Shown here: positions 20,879 through 31,407 of the stretch, one piece after another
Layout: the number at the start of each line of letters is the position of its first letter
Position numbering within the stretch: position 1 is the first letter of the stretch
Source: Gammaproteobacteria bacterium
GTDB taxonomy: Bacteria; Pseudomonadota; Gammaproteobacteria; Ga0077536
Reading direction: 5' to 3'
Assembly: GCA_047611905.1 (NCBI GenBank)
Contig: JBLFWZ010000001.1
Coordinates: 15,455-79,454, forward strand
Length of the DNA: 64,000 nt
Made by a program: the position numbers and the translations under genes
The notes under the pieces: model-generated
Seen by the model: the letters and a program-made list of their open reading frames with translations, nothing else
Database searches by the model: none
What the model was told of the DNA's origin: nothing

Positions 20879-21544
20879 TCACGCCATTAAATCCGGCAAG
20901 CTCAACGGCGAGTCCGATGCATCAGGGGGCTGGTTCGCGTATTCATCATATTGGGCGGGCAACGCTTGGCGACCGTGCTTAAACTGGCGCGTGACGTTCG
21001 CAATATGATTGCCATGTAATTCTGCCGTTTCGATATCACTAGGGGGTGGTGCAAGTTCAGCTGGTTCATCGATATTTGCCTGCGCCATGACACCAAGATA
21101 ACCTGCCATGCGGTTCAGGTCGCGTTCGCTACCTTGGCTCGAATAATTGCCCCCTGTGATCCGCACAGGCACCCAGATCATGCCCATTTGGCTAGCGAAA
21201 GTGACGAGTTGCTGCAGGCAGGCAAGTTTGTCGCCGCTGCGCCCGGCAGAGACCGTGAAGCCACCAGAGATTTTGTTCATCCACAAGCGTTTTAACCACA
21301 CTTCGCCAGCGAGCTTCTCAATAAATTCTTTAAACTTTGCCGCTACGCTTCCAATGTAGGTTGGCGTGCCAAATATGATCGCGTCTGCGCTATGTAAGGT
21401 TTGCCAATGATCGTCAACGTCGTCGGTGTGGATCAACGCGACTTCGGTATCCGGAACGGATTGCGCACCGCGCTTTACCGCATGGGCAAGAGACTCCGTG
21501 TTGCCTTTGAAATTGCTAAAGTAGACGATTGCGATCTTGGTCAT
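20879..21544 (-). CDS. wrbA: NAD(P)H:quinone oxidoreductase, flavodoxin-like fold
   Basis: 221 aa; MTKIAIVYFS..., FGTPTYIG FMN-binding motif. Confidence 0.8.
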   Translation of the reverse strand: MTKIAIVYFSNFKGNTESLAHAVKRGAQSVPDTEVALIHTDDVDDHWQTLHSADAIIFGTPTYIGSVAAKFKEFIEKLAGEVWLKRLWMNKISGGFTVSAGRSGDKLACLQQLVTFASQMGMIWVPVRITGGNYSSQGSERDLNRMAGYLGVMAQANIDEPAELAPPPSDIETAELHGNHIANVTRQFKHGRQALPAQYDEYANQPPDASDSPLSLPDLMA

Positions 21545-22007
21545 TGGGTGACGCCTATTGGTTAGTAAATGAGGTCTCTACCCTATAGCTTTTTGGATAG
21601 CGATCGGAATTAATATGGTCGAGTTGTTTTTCGTCGTCGTAGGGCGCGAGAACGGAAACTATCCGGTTAGGATACAAGAAAGACAAGCACACTGGCGTCA
21701 GCCGGGGCACACGCTGGAAGCTCTTCAACTAATAAATAGCTTATGGATATTTTTAGTGCGAACATTTATTGCGCCGCTAGAAATTCAGCCCGCGTAGTAT
21801 TTGGTTCGGTTAACAACGTATTTGAAAACCACACGGCGTGCGCTATTTTTATGTGTGAAATTTTACCGCTTAAAGGCCTACGCAAGAAAAATGGCAGTGT
21901 TATAGTCGCCGTCGAAAGTGAGAAAATTTAAACGCGGCCGGTGGTGTTCTGTGTATCCCTACGGGGGCCGGTCTCTATGATAATAAATTGCCAGGGGAAA
22001 CTAAACT

Positions 22008-23474
22008 ATGCACGGAAGCCGATTCCTGAGCACACTCGGCTTGAGTATTTTTATCGCCACTCAAGCTTACGCAGCAACCGACGAGACAGAGTCGACCGGC
22101 AACAACACGCCGTTCAATAACCTCCAACCGTCGCTCGCGATTAACTACTTCGTTCAAGACGAAGGAGTTTTTCCATCACGAGGGGAGCCTAGCGATAGCT
22201 CGGGCAACGAGCTTAACTTGGGATTCGTGCGCGCTTTTGCGGGAAATTTTGCGCCGGGCAGGCAACTAGCTGATGGTCGAACAAAACCGATCCAAGACGA
22301 TACTGCCCTTTTTTCAATTTACGGCGCGGAGTTTGGCGGCGACGGGCGGACAGTTTTCAATCTACCTGATTTGCGCGGTAATGCCCCGCGTGGTTCGAGC
22401 GGCGACAGTGCTGAACTCGGTCTCAAGCGTGGCCAGAACAATACCGTTCTCAGATCGGCACAGCTCTATCCGCATAGCCACGAGATTTCGTAAAGTTCTT
22501 CTCCGACGACGAGTCCGGTTGGCCTAGGGCAAGGTTTTTCGAATGCCCAACAAACGACTGGTTTAAGTTACATCATCAACGCCACCGGCGAATTCCCGGC
22601 ACGAAGTGGAAATGGGTCGCCGCCTAGCAGACCGTTCATTGGCGAAGTCGCACTTTTCGGTGGCAATTTCGCACCGCGAGGATGGGCGCTCGCAGATGGT
22701 GCGTTGTTCCAAATATCCCAATTCGATGCGTTATTTTCAATTCTTGGGGCAACCTTCGGTGGCAATGGGCGGACGACGTTCGCATTGCCGGATCTAGATG
22801 GTCGGGTCGCGGTCGGCGCCGGTAGCGGGCCCGGTCTGTCGAATTGGCGCTTAGCAGAGAAGCGCGACTTGGTCGCGCAAACCCTCACATTGGCACAGCA
22901 ACCGAGTCATGATCATGATGTAGCGGACGTTCGTGATTCGACCAGCACATCGGGTAGCGAAAATCCGAGTGCTATCTCGACGACACAAGATGCGTTGGGT
23001 TTGAATTACCTTATCTAGCTTGGCGGACTGTATCCTTCAAGAGACCAAATCGATGGCAGATTTGTCGCCGGCGAGATAACCTTATTTACTGGTAATTTTG
23101 CGCCGGAACGCTGGGCAATCGCGGACGGTCAACTGCTAAATATTAGAGATAACGAGGCACTGTTTTCTCTGATCGGATCGATTTACGGGGGAGATGGGAG
23201 AAATACGTTTGCCTTGCCTGATTTGCGCGGACGTACGGCGATTGGCGCAGGTCTTGGCAGTGATGGAACCGTCTATCGACTTGGCGGGGAGTATGGCGCC
23301 GAGGAAATCTTCTTAACTGAGGAAAATCTTGCCGCACATTCACACGGCGTTCCTGCCATTGTACCGCTACCGGCCGCTTTTCCGTTGCTTCTTGTGGCAT
23401 GCACAGTGCTCGGATTACGCCGCCGGGGCGCGGGCAGCGCGAGCCTTCATGATGGTGTGCTAATTAAGGTCTAA
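22008..23474 (+). pseudogene. secreted triple phage-tail-collar-domain protein with PEP-CTERM-like anchor, interrupted by two in-frame stops
   Basis: One continuous frame: signal peptide (22008-22076), three tail-collar (MdpB-like) units (FIGEVALFGGNFAPRGW...ALPDL.GR motifs), TAA at 22491-22493 and TAG at 23016-23018, C-terminal VPAIVPLPAAFPLLLVACTVLGLRRR at 23349-23474. Track ORFs 22704.. and 23214.. start inside domains so are not independent genes. Confidence 0.7.
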
Positions 23475-23700
23475 GTCATGAGCTTGGGCTGACCGAGCAG
23501 CTCGCTTGTGTCGTGCTAGGGTGTGCGGGCCAACGATAGGTGCGCAACATTGCTACATGACAGATAGTGCGTGACTCGAGCTTATCCCGTGCGTCTACAC
23601 GCAAACGCGGCGTTCATGCTTGTTGATCGATTTATTTTGGCGAAAATATCGGAGTCGCCGATGATGACATTTCATTGAGTGTCGGCTTGAACTGCGGAAA

Positions 23701-24348
23701 TTAGCCACCACCGCTATTCATCCATTCTAATGTCGCTTCGCGACTTGCATCCGTCACGCTCTTTACAGCAGGATGGCGATAAACAATCTCACGCCACGCC
23801 TGCACTTTCGGACCGAATAGGGGCTTTCGATCAAAGACAGGCAAGAGCAATTCGGCGAGCGTAAACGTTGCGGGAAATGCGCAGTCCGCAATACTAAGTT
23901 TATTACCACATAGATACGGACTCGGTTCGATTAGCGACTCCATCTTGTCAATCCGATCCTGGAATTTATCTAAGTGACCGATTAGTTCGACCTCGTCTCG
24001 CGTTGTCGGATCGACATGCGCAAACGTACGACGCAGATGAGGTTCCAGCCAAATATCGTGGTAGCGTGCCATAAAGCGTTGTTGGGCTCGCTCTGCTGGC
24101 GTTCCGTATACCAGCGCCGGTTCGGGATATGTCTCGTCGAGATATTCGATTAACACATCAGATTCGCTGGACCGGAATTCACCATCGACTAATGCAGGAA
24201 TGGTCCCTAATGGCACGAGCTGCATATATTCTGGTGTGCTGTAGCCTCCAGGTGGTGGCTCCACGCGGTAATCGAGTCCTTTCGCCTCGAGTGCGATTCT
24301 TACTTTGGCGCTGTATGTGCTGATCGGAATTGCGTAGAGGATCATCAT
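23701..24348 (-). CDS. glutathione S-transferase family protein
   Basis: About 215 aa; GST N-terminal (ILYAIPISTYSAKVRIALEAKGL) and C-terminal domains; start (TTG 24354, ATG 24348 or 24345) uncertain. Confidence 0.7.
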   Translation of the reverse strand: MMILYAIPISTYSAKVRIALEAKGLDYRVEPPPGGYSTPEYMQLVPLGTIPALVDGEFRSSESDVLIEYLDETYPEPALVYGTPAERAQQRFMARYHDIWLEPHLRRTFAHVDPTTRDEVELIGHLDKFQDRIDKMESLIEPSPYLCGNKLSIADCAFPATFTLAELLLPVFDRKPLFGPKVQAWREIVYRHPAVKSVTDASREATLEWMNSGGG

Positions 24349-24405
24349 ATTCAATTCTTTTAAAAAAATTGCCGCATCGGCCCTTGGTAATGGACGATTG
24401 GCGAC

Positions 24406-25764
24406 TTATCGATAGCGTTGTGTCAATGCGCTAGCGCTAGCGCTCTCGTCTGCATCCGGTACGACGTCGCCCAGTTCTGCTATAGCTTGTTCAACTAAGG
24501 CGGAGAGGTTTTCTGGATCATCAAACTTCGTTTGGCGCCCGTCGTTTAGCGCAGCATTCATCATCGCACGCATTTTTCCATGCAAGGCCGAATTGTGGCT
24601 AATGTCATGTTCGTAACCAAGCTCCGCAAGACGTCGTTGCAGCACATAGGCCGGCGCCCAACTCGGCATGATTTGATAGCCGGCTTTGCGTCCGATCAAT
24701 TTAGGATCGAGATCGCGCGGTTCGTCAGTTTGCTCGAAGTACTTGTCGACATACAAATAGGCCCGTTCACCAACAACGGGCGTGTTTGGAGGTATGTCGA
24801 TCTGATCATGAATCCGCCACATTCGCTCCGCGACTTCTTGAAATTTCTCAGTATTAAATAGACGTTGTACATGCGGATTCCGCGCGCGCATCAAGTTGGT
24901 CAAAAACATGAGCGCAGAGCCGTGCCCACCTTGGGCTGCTTGCGGTGTAAAGCCCGACCAGACGCCATCACCACCGGCAAGAATACATTCCAAAGTGGCA
25001 GCGTCTTCCGTGCCGTTGGCAGTATGTGGATGAGCCAGAATCTTGCGTGGTTTCGGATGATAGTGACGCATCATTTTGACCAAGGCATAAGTCTCGAACG
25101 GAAACCGTGTGCCTTTTACATCCTCAAAAAGAATGCCCGTGATCTCTTCTTCGCCGAGCATTTTAATAATTTGTAAGAGGTAGCTAGGATCTTCATCGTA
25201 GGTGTCGAACGGATCGGCGAGACGCACATAAATGCGGCCCCGACGATCAGTTTGCGATGGTAAAAGTCTTCGGTATTCGCGAATGTGTTCACATAAATCG
25301 GCCAGCATTTTCCGATTGTCGGTACCAATCGCGGCTAGGGTCGCCGGCCGGGTTTCAACTAACAAAATGGTATTTGGAATGCCGTAATGAACGGTTTGGG
25401 TTGCCGCCGGCCCCATCGGAAAAGGCTGGCCGTCAGTTAATGGTTCCACCGCGACGGTGGTGAAAAATGGGTCTAGAGAGTGCCCGCCGTTGACGAGATA
25501 TTCCATAAATCCGTCCGATGCTGACGGAAAGCCGAAAAAATTTGATAATCCGAAGTCATGAAATCCTATATCTTGAGCCATCTCGTATAAGGCGATTTTG
25601 TCGTCCAAGGTGTGGCCGAGATAGGATGATAAGGTCGCCTCGCGAGCCGACATATCAATTAAATAGGGTTCTGCGTTTCGAAGAATGTCGATTCTTTCTT
25701 CGATGTGAGAGACCGTTGCATCGAGCACCGCTTGATCAGTGCTGTCGATGTCCGGATCTAGCAT
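24406..25764 (-). CDS. DRE-TIM metallolyase (HMGL-like, isopropylmalate/homocitrate-synthase-like) family protein
   Basis: Start set at ATG 25764 (MLDPD...) with GAGGGAG RBS; HPHTANGTEDAATLECILAGGDGVWSGFTPQAAQGGHGS resembles the HxH...G.G.RAGN metal-site region of HMGL-like enzymes. Function unknown. Confidence 0.5.
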   Translation of the reverse strand: MLDPDIDSTDQAVLDATVSHIEERIDILRNAEPYLIDMSAREATLSSYLGHTLDDKIALYEMAQDIGFHDFGLSNFFGFPSASDGFMEYLVNGGHSLDPFFTTVAVEPLTDGQPFPMGPAATQTVHYGIPNTILLVETRPATLAAIGTDNRKMLADLCEHIREYRRLLPSQTDRRGRIYVRLADPFDTYDEDPSYLLQIIKMLGEEEITGILFEDVKGTRFPFETYALVKMMRHYHPKPRKILAHPHTANGTEDAATLECILAGGDGVWSGFTPQAAQGGHGSALMFLTNLMRARNPHVQRLFNTEKFQEVAERMWRIHDQIDIPPNTPVVGERAYLYVDKYFEQTDEPRDLDPKLIGRKAGYQIMPSWAPAYVLQRRLAELGYEHDISHNSALHGKMRAMMNAALNDGRQTKFDDPENLSALVEQAIAELGDVVPDADESASASALTQRYR

Positions 25765-25912
25765 TCCAATATCTCCCTCAAATCTCGGCAATCAAATTCT
25801 AGCAGCGCCAGGAGACGCTGCTGAGATGATGATAGCGCTTTTTTTCGGGAAAAGTACGCTGCTTCGAACCTGGTGTGGACCGCCTGGAACGAGGGCTTGG
25901 TTTAGCTTACGA

Positions 25913-27094
25913 CTAGTTATCAGATGCCGATGGCGGTAAGAAGTCGAATAAACCTTCGGAGTGAAAATAGAACGTACAAGGTTCTTCCGACACGCAGGCT
26001 GTAACGTGATCCACGCCGGCCGGAACGAACCAATAGTCTCCGGCGCTAAGTTGTCGGGCTTGCGCGACTGGTTGGCCGAGGAAAGGGTTAACCATCGTTC
26101 CGGTAAGAACAACGCCATGATAGGAAAACGAATGCGTATGCAACGGCGACGCACCCCCAGCGATAAACTGACCAACGGTCCCGTGCGCGCCCGTTTCACG
26201 ATTTCCCCATAAGGTGACCATGCGCGCGAAAGGACTAACCACGGCTTCCGGTTTGGCGAGTTCAGCTGCGATTTCGTCGGCCGAAATTTCCTGCGCGCTG
26301 GCATCGTTCGCTTCGCCGTGTGTTAAGTCAGTATTAAAATCAAATGCGCTACGTGAATGGAAATAGAAAACACAGTTGGTATCGGGACCTGCGTCACACG
26401 CGGTCGTATGAATCGCATTCGCGGGAACGCTCCAAAATGAGCCCGCGGCGAGCGGTTTCGCCCCTACTACATCACTGTTCGGCGATTCGCCAAATGGGTT
26501 TTTTACAATCCCGCTGATCACAATTCCATAATATGTTCCGCTATGGACATGATCAGGCGCAGCGCTCTCCGGTTTGAAATCTCCAAAGGTTCCGTGCGCA
26601 CTCGAATATAGCGTCCCCCAGCCTGGCGCAAAATCGACGAACGGCGCTGTCGGTATGGAGTACTCGATGTCTTGGGCTTGCGTTAACGTTGCCCCTGTAT
26701 CACAGCCATCGAAATAACCGAGAAAATCCTCGATGTTTGAGATTGTCGCGTCGGCAAAATCGGCTAGCGCATCAAGCTCGGCGCTGGAGGTGCTAACGTC
26801 GGTCAAAGATACTTGGTACTGGTAAAGTTTCTGCAGAGCGCTTTCTAATCTTTTTTCCACACCGCGAGGCTTGTTTGGACACCGCGTATAGGCTTTAAGA
26901 GTCTTAATGTTCGCTTTGGTCGCCAGTCGTTTCGCTTTGCGTTCCGCGCGCGTCGCATTAGATAAGACATTGTCCGTTGTTACCTTAATTCCCGCGGTCG
27001 CGGTTTTTACTTCGAATATCTCGTTGGTTCCAGCGACGCTTGATAATGCCATGGCACTGGTCAGAATCGCGGCGCTGAGTAAGTATTGAATTCG
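25913..27094 (-). CDS. secreted bicupin domain protein
   Basis: Start ATG 27094 (MRIQYLLSAAILTSAMALSSVAG signal peptide, AGGAG RBS); two cupin-like halves (HxH...E...H patterns, e.g. HTHSFSYHGVVLTG). Confidence 0.55.
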   Translation of the reverse strand, partial: RIQYLLSAAILTSAMALSSVAGTNEIFEVKTATAGIKVTTDNVLSNATRAERKAKRLATKANIKTLKAYTRCPNKPRGVEKRLESALQKLYQYQVSLTDVSTSSAELDALADFADATISNIEDFLGYFDGCDTGATLTQAQDIEYSIPTAPFVDFAPGWGTLYSSAHGTFGDFKPESAAPDHVHSGTYYGIVISGIVKNPFGESPNSDVVGAKPLAAGSFWSVPANAIHTTACDAGPDTNCVFYFHSRSAFDFNTDLTHGEANDASAQEISADEIAAELAKPEAVVSPFARMVTLWGNRETGAHGTVGQFIAGGASPLHTHSFSYHGVVLTGTMVNPFLGQPVAQARQLSAGDYWFVPAGVDHVTACVSEEPCTFYFHSEGLFDFLPPSASDN

Positions 27095-27718
27095 CATCAA
27101 ATTTGCTCCTAGATGAATAGGCTGATCGGCACGCACAAGACGTTGGATCTGTCGCGCCGGGTTGTTGGCGGATCAGAGATCGCAATGACTGGTCCGTTGT
27201 TCGATTGTGGAAGTTATCGTTTGACGACCAGTCGGAACATGTTTCGTCGTCGGAGATTAATGTCCAATCGTACGCGGCGGTTGCCCGATCTAGCTTATTC
27301 AGAGCAGTAAGCGTACTGAATTACGTTACTTCGAAGTAACAGGTCTGACGAGGCACGGCGAAGGTCGGTTGAGTTTTTCATAGGAAAACAGATGGCGAAA
27401 ACTAGCGACAGTTTTTCGTTCGTATTCGACAGGCGGTAGATAATTGGCCGCGACTTGTCGCTGTAGCCGGGATTCGCTACGGCCGAACTACCGCCTTTAG
27501 GCAAGCTGCAAAAAAATCAGCACAAACCAATTTGGCGTTGCTCATTGACATGATAGGAAGGGGAGGGGATTGCTATAACACTTACGGCTACCATGTCCGT
27601 GCGGGTCGGGGCTTATCCGCTAACATCTAGGTTTTGCATGCACGGAAATCGCTCGGCCCAGACATTCCTGATTCGGGTGAGACTCTTGCGCCGAACAGTT
27701 TAGACGAACACCTCGCGT

Positions 27719-29233
27719 TTATGCGGCTACACGCAGCGCGTCGCGAAGATGATCGCCGTTTTCATCAGCTAATGCGGCTGCCCTCAACGTTGCAATCTCG
27801 TTTGCCGTGCTCGGGCTAATGCTCATGCCGTCGAGTGTGTCCATGATCAGCCCGAAATTTTTAATGCCACGCGCGTGCGTGTCACCGTAACCTTTGATGA
27901 GGTTTTGGCATAAGCTAACTTCCACTGCCAGGTCGTAATGCTGGCCAGCCAATCGATTAATTCGTTGCAACCATTGCTGTATGCGATCGTCTTCGGTCGC
28001 AAAGCGCAAAGTATGGCGGCGAAACCGTTGTAATGATGCGATCGCATACAAGAGTAAGAACCCACCCAGTTTCGATGAATGAATTTTGCGCTCGCGCAGA
28101 ACGAATCTTGTTAGAAACTGCTGCGCCCAATCCGTGTTCGTTAACCACCGACCGAGCAGCCTCGGTAAAGTATCGGCGATTTCCTCGACCCTCGGATGCA
28201 TGAATTCCGTGAGGTAGACGATTTCATCGTCACCGGCCAGCACTTCGGTATGTGCGCGATCGAATCGTTCTCGACGTATTTTGAGATCGGCGACGCGGAT
28301 AGTGTCTTCATAGCTCATCCATAATGCGAGATGTTGAGCCACCGTTCGAGTAAGACGGCGGTCATCTTCGTTGTCGTATTTCTGAATCTCGACGACGCGA
28401 TCAATGTAGCTCGCTGCATACGCGGGATCTTGATAATCAATGAGCCGGCGAACGCCGATTAGTAGCATTTCGCGTGCCGTTGGCGTTACCTCGTTCGCGA
28501 TTCGATTCAACAGGGCTGCTACTTCCGGATGAGTAGCCGTGGACTCTTGCGGCCGAATAGCCGTGGTGGCCACAACAGGCGCCGTGTCGCCCGCTTGCGC
28601 AATATCAAACGCAGCGCCAAAAGCTGCCAGGTTGTTCGCAACGGATTTTCCGCTCGCCGTAATCGCAGATTCAAAGTGCTGTCGCTCGAACGGCAGTCGC
28701 GCACTGGCGGCCAAGGCGCCAAATAGAGTCGCACTGATCACCGTATTGTGGGTCTCGGCCAGCGCGTGCATGTCGAAGCAGACAAGATGTTTCGAAGCGT
28801 CGCTGATCGTTTGCTTGATTTCCATGGACGAAACCCGCCCATCGCCCAGAGCGCTTTTCTCGGTTAGCGCGTAGTAGCGGTGATCGGAGGCAATCAAAGT
28901 CGTTCGATCGGGTGTGACGATACCGCGTTGTACAGCACGTCCCGCTTCTGCGAGTTCGGCGGCAACGACGATGTCGACGTCTCCCGCGACGGGCATCAAG
29001 GCCATTACCGGTATGCCTGGCGCATCTCCTTCGGGAAACATTTCCAGGTAGTAAATGGTTGTTCCGGTGCGCTGGGCTACTCCCGGGACAGACGTCGACT
29101 GCACAAAGTAGCCATTCGATTCACCGATTGCGACTAGCCAATCAGCAAGTACCGCGCCACCCTGACCGCCGATAGCGGCGACGGCTATCGTTATCCGTTT
29201 GCGATCGTCTTGGAGCATGGCTTCGATCAGCAC
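27719..29233 (-). CDS. iorB: indolepyruvate ferredoxin oxidoreductase subunit beta family protein
   Basis: 504 aa; IAVAAIGGQGG start, paired immediately with iorA; GTG start overlaps iorA stop (GTGCTGA). Confidence 0.8.
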   Translation of the reverse strand: MLIEAMLQDDRKRITIAVAAIGGQGGAVLADWLVAIGESNGYFVQSTSVPGVAQRTGTTIYYLEMFPEGDAPGIPVMALMPVAGDVDIVVAAELAEAGRAVQRGIVTPDRTTLIASDHRYYALTEKSALGDGRVSSMEIKQTISDASKHLVCFDMHALAETHNTVISATLFGALAASARLPFERQHFESAITASGKSVANNLAAFGAAFDIAQAGDTAPVVATTAIRPQESTATHPEVAALLNRIANEVTPTAREMLLIGVRRLIDYQDPAYAASYIDRVVEIQKYDNEDDRRLTRTVAQHLALWMSYEDTIRVADLKIRRERFDRAHTEVLAGDDEIVYLTEFMHPRVEEIADTLPRLLGRWLTNTDWAQQFLTRFVLRERKIHSSKLGGFLLLYAIASLQRFRRHTLRFATEDDRIQQWLQRINRLAGQHYDLAVEVSLCQNLIKGYGDTHARGIKNFGLIMDTLDGMSISPSTANEIATLRAAALADENGDHLRDALRVAA

Positions 29234-31383
29234 GCATAACGCGCGAGTTGTCGCGCGTGCCGATCTTGTAAGTAACGAATGACCCCTGAGCGCACTTTTT
29301 CAACTAAGCGATCCCATTTCGATGGGTTGTAAATCACCTCGGCGCGATAGAAAGACGGACATAGGGCCGCCGCATGTGCGATTTCGCCACATACGCCGCA
29401 GCCCACGCAAGTATTGTCGACGAACGCGACGGGATCGCTGCGTAGGGGATCAGGGTTGTCTTTAATCGTCAGTGAAGGGCAGCCAGATAGGCGAATGCAT
29501 GAATGATCACCTGTGCACGTTTCGGGATCGACCCCGAAGCGTTCTTTGACGACTCGTTTGCCCGCGCTGCGTTCGGCGTTGAAGATCGGTTTTTCTCGAC
29601 GTTGCCGATTGAGCATGCACTCGGAGCGAGCAACTATGACTTTCGGTCCTGCGGTTTTTGTCGTCATGGCTGTGCGCAAGGTTCGAGTCATTTTCGCTAG
29701 ATCGTAGGTATGTACCGTTTTCACCCACTTCGCACCGACCCCTTTCACCGCTTTGGCGATCGGGTTTTTCGTACTACGTAAGGGATGATCGCCAAGCGAA
29801 GACAAAATATCCTGCCCGCCGGTGGCGGCGGCGTAACCGTTATCGACAATCACAACGACATTGTCATTTTCATTGAACACCGCGTTTCCGATGCCACTGG
29901 TTAGGCCGTTGTGCCAAAAACCCCCGTCGCCCATTACGCTGATTGTTCTACGATTGGATTGGACGTTGAACGCGGCGCCACCTGCGGCGCCCAGGCCGTA
30001 GCCCATCGTGGTGTTGCCAATATTGAAAGGCGGCAGAATCGAAAATAAATGACAACCGATATCGCACGAAACATGGAACTCGCCAAGTTCGCGTTGGAGC
30101 AATTTCATTGCCGTGAAAACTGGACGTTCCGGGCAGCCCGTACAAAACCCTGGCGGGCGAGGCGGGATTGAATTTGCGAGGTCTCTGGCGAGTTCGTTAC
30201 TGGTCGCAAGCGCTTGGTCACGATCTGCGAGATTAGAATCCAGCAGGTGGCTTGCTTCGATACGCAAGAATTTTTGGATCCCGGCAAGTAGCACATCGCC
30301 GGTGTACTCGCCGGCCTTCGGCAAGACGTCCTTGCCGTGTACGCGGGTATTTAGGTCGGCGTGACGTAACACGGTGTTTAGCGCTTGCTCAATATACTCC
30401 GGTTGCCCTTCTTCGATGAGTAACACGGATTTTTTATTGGCACAAAATGCGGTCAATTCGTCTTCGATTAGCGGGTAGGTCACGTTCATGACATAGGTCG
30501 AAATTATGGCAACGCCAAAGCTATCCGCCAAGCCAAGAATTTCAAGCGCGCGCGAAGCGCCGTTGAACATTCCGCCTTGCAAGATAATACCGATACCCTC
30601 GATATCGCCCTCCATGATCTCGTTAAGCCGATGCGATTTAATGTATGCCACCGCGGCCGGCCAGCGCTCATTCACTTTTTCATGTTCGTGAGCAAAGCTT
30701 GCCGGCGGTAGTACGATGCGGCTCGTATCGCGTACCGGGTTCTCCATGGCGTCGCGCAAGCTTGGGTTCGGCTGACGATTGGTACTCGCCACAAAACGTC
30801 CGTGCACGTGACACGCACGGACTCTAAGCTCCAGCATGACCGGTGTGTGGCTCGCTTCCGACAAGGCGAAGCCGTGTTCCACCATCGATACGATACTTTC
30901 GAGATTCGGGCGCGGATCGAGTAACCAGATCTGGGATTTCATTGCGAACGCGTGGGAGCGCTCTTGCATGATCGACGATCCCTCGCCGTAGTCTTCGCCG
31001 ACGATCACTAAAGCACCACCAGTGACGCCGCCCGAGGCGAGGTTTGCTAACGCGTCTGAAGCAACGTTAGTACCGACTGTCGATTTCCATGCAACCGCGC
31101 CACGCAGTGGGTAATTAACGGATGCCGCGAGCATCGCCGCTGCTGCGGCTTCGGAAGCGCTCGATTCAAAATGCACGCCGAGCTCATCCAAAATTCCCTG
31201 CTGTTGCGCATCGCCCAGAACATCCATCAAATGTGAGATGGGTGCGCCTTGATAGCCACCAATGTAGGCGACTCCGGATTGCAACAAGGCTTTGGTGACG
31301 GCGAGTATGCCTTCACCGTGGAAAGGTTCGCCCGCGCCTAGACGCAGTTTCTTAACTTCCTCAGTAAATGAACGTTCGGCCAT
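29227..31383 (-). CDS. iorA: indolepyruvate ferredoxin oxidoreductase subunit alpha (TPP and 4Fe-4S)
   Basis: 718 aa; TPP-binding GDGG region, ferredoxin motif CVGCGVCGE, N-terminal IorA-like domain. Confidence 0.85.
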   Translation of the reverse strand: MAERSFTEEVKKLRLGAGEPFHGEGILAVTKALLQSGVAYIGGYQGAPISHLMDVLGDAQQQGILDELGVHFESSASEAAAAAMLAASVNYPLRGAVAWKSTVGTNVASDALANLASGGVTGGALVIVGEDYGEGSSIMQERSHAFAMKSQIWLLDPRPNLESIVSMVEHGFALSEASHTPVMLELRVRACHVHGRFVASTNRQPNPSLRDAMENPVRDTSRIVLPPASFAHEHEKVNERWPAAVAYIKSHRLNEIMEGDIEGIGIILQGGMFNGASRALEILGLADSFGVAIISTYVMNVTYPLIEDELTAFCANKKSVLLIEEGQPEYIEQALNTVLRHADLNTRVHGKDVLPKAGEYTGDVLLAGIQKFLRIEASHLLDSNLADRDQALATSNELARDLANSIPPRPPGFCTGCPERPVFTAMKLLQRELGEFHVSCDIGCHLFSILPPFNIGNTTMGYGLGAAGGAAFNVQSNRRTISVMGDGGFWHNGLTSGIGNAVFNENDNVVVIVDNGYAAATGGQDILSSLGDHPLRSTKNPIAKAVKGVGAKWVKTVHTYDLAKMTRTLRTAMTTKTAGPKVIVARSECMLNRQRREKPIFNAERSAGKRVVKERFGVDPETCTGDHSCIRLSGCPSLTIKDNPDPLRSDPVAFVDNTCVGCGVCGEIAHAAALCPSFYRAEVIYNPSKWDRLVEKVRSGVIRYLQDRHARQLARYAC

Positions 31384-31407
31384 GGCTGCTAATTATCCTA
31401 GCGACCT

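Noticed and set aside
22704-23474. ORFs 22704..23018 and 23214..23474 as two independent small genes
   Set aside because: Their ATG codons fall in the middle of tail-collar domains. The upstream sequence in the same frame continues the domain back to a single stop codon, so they are pieces of one interrupted gene.
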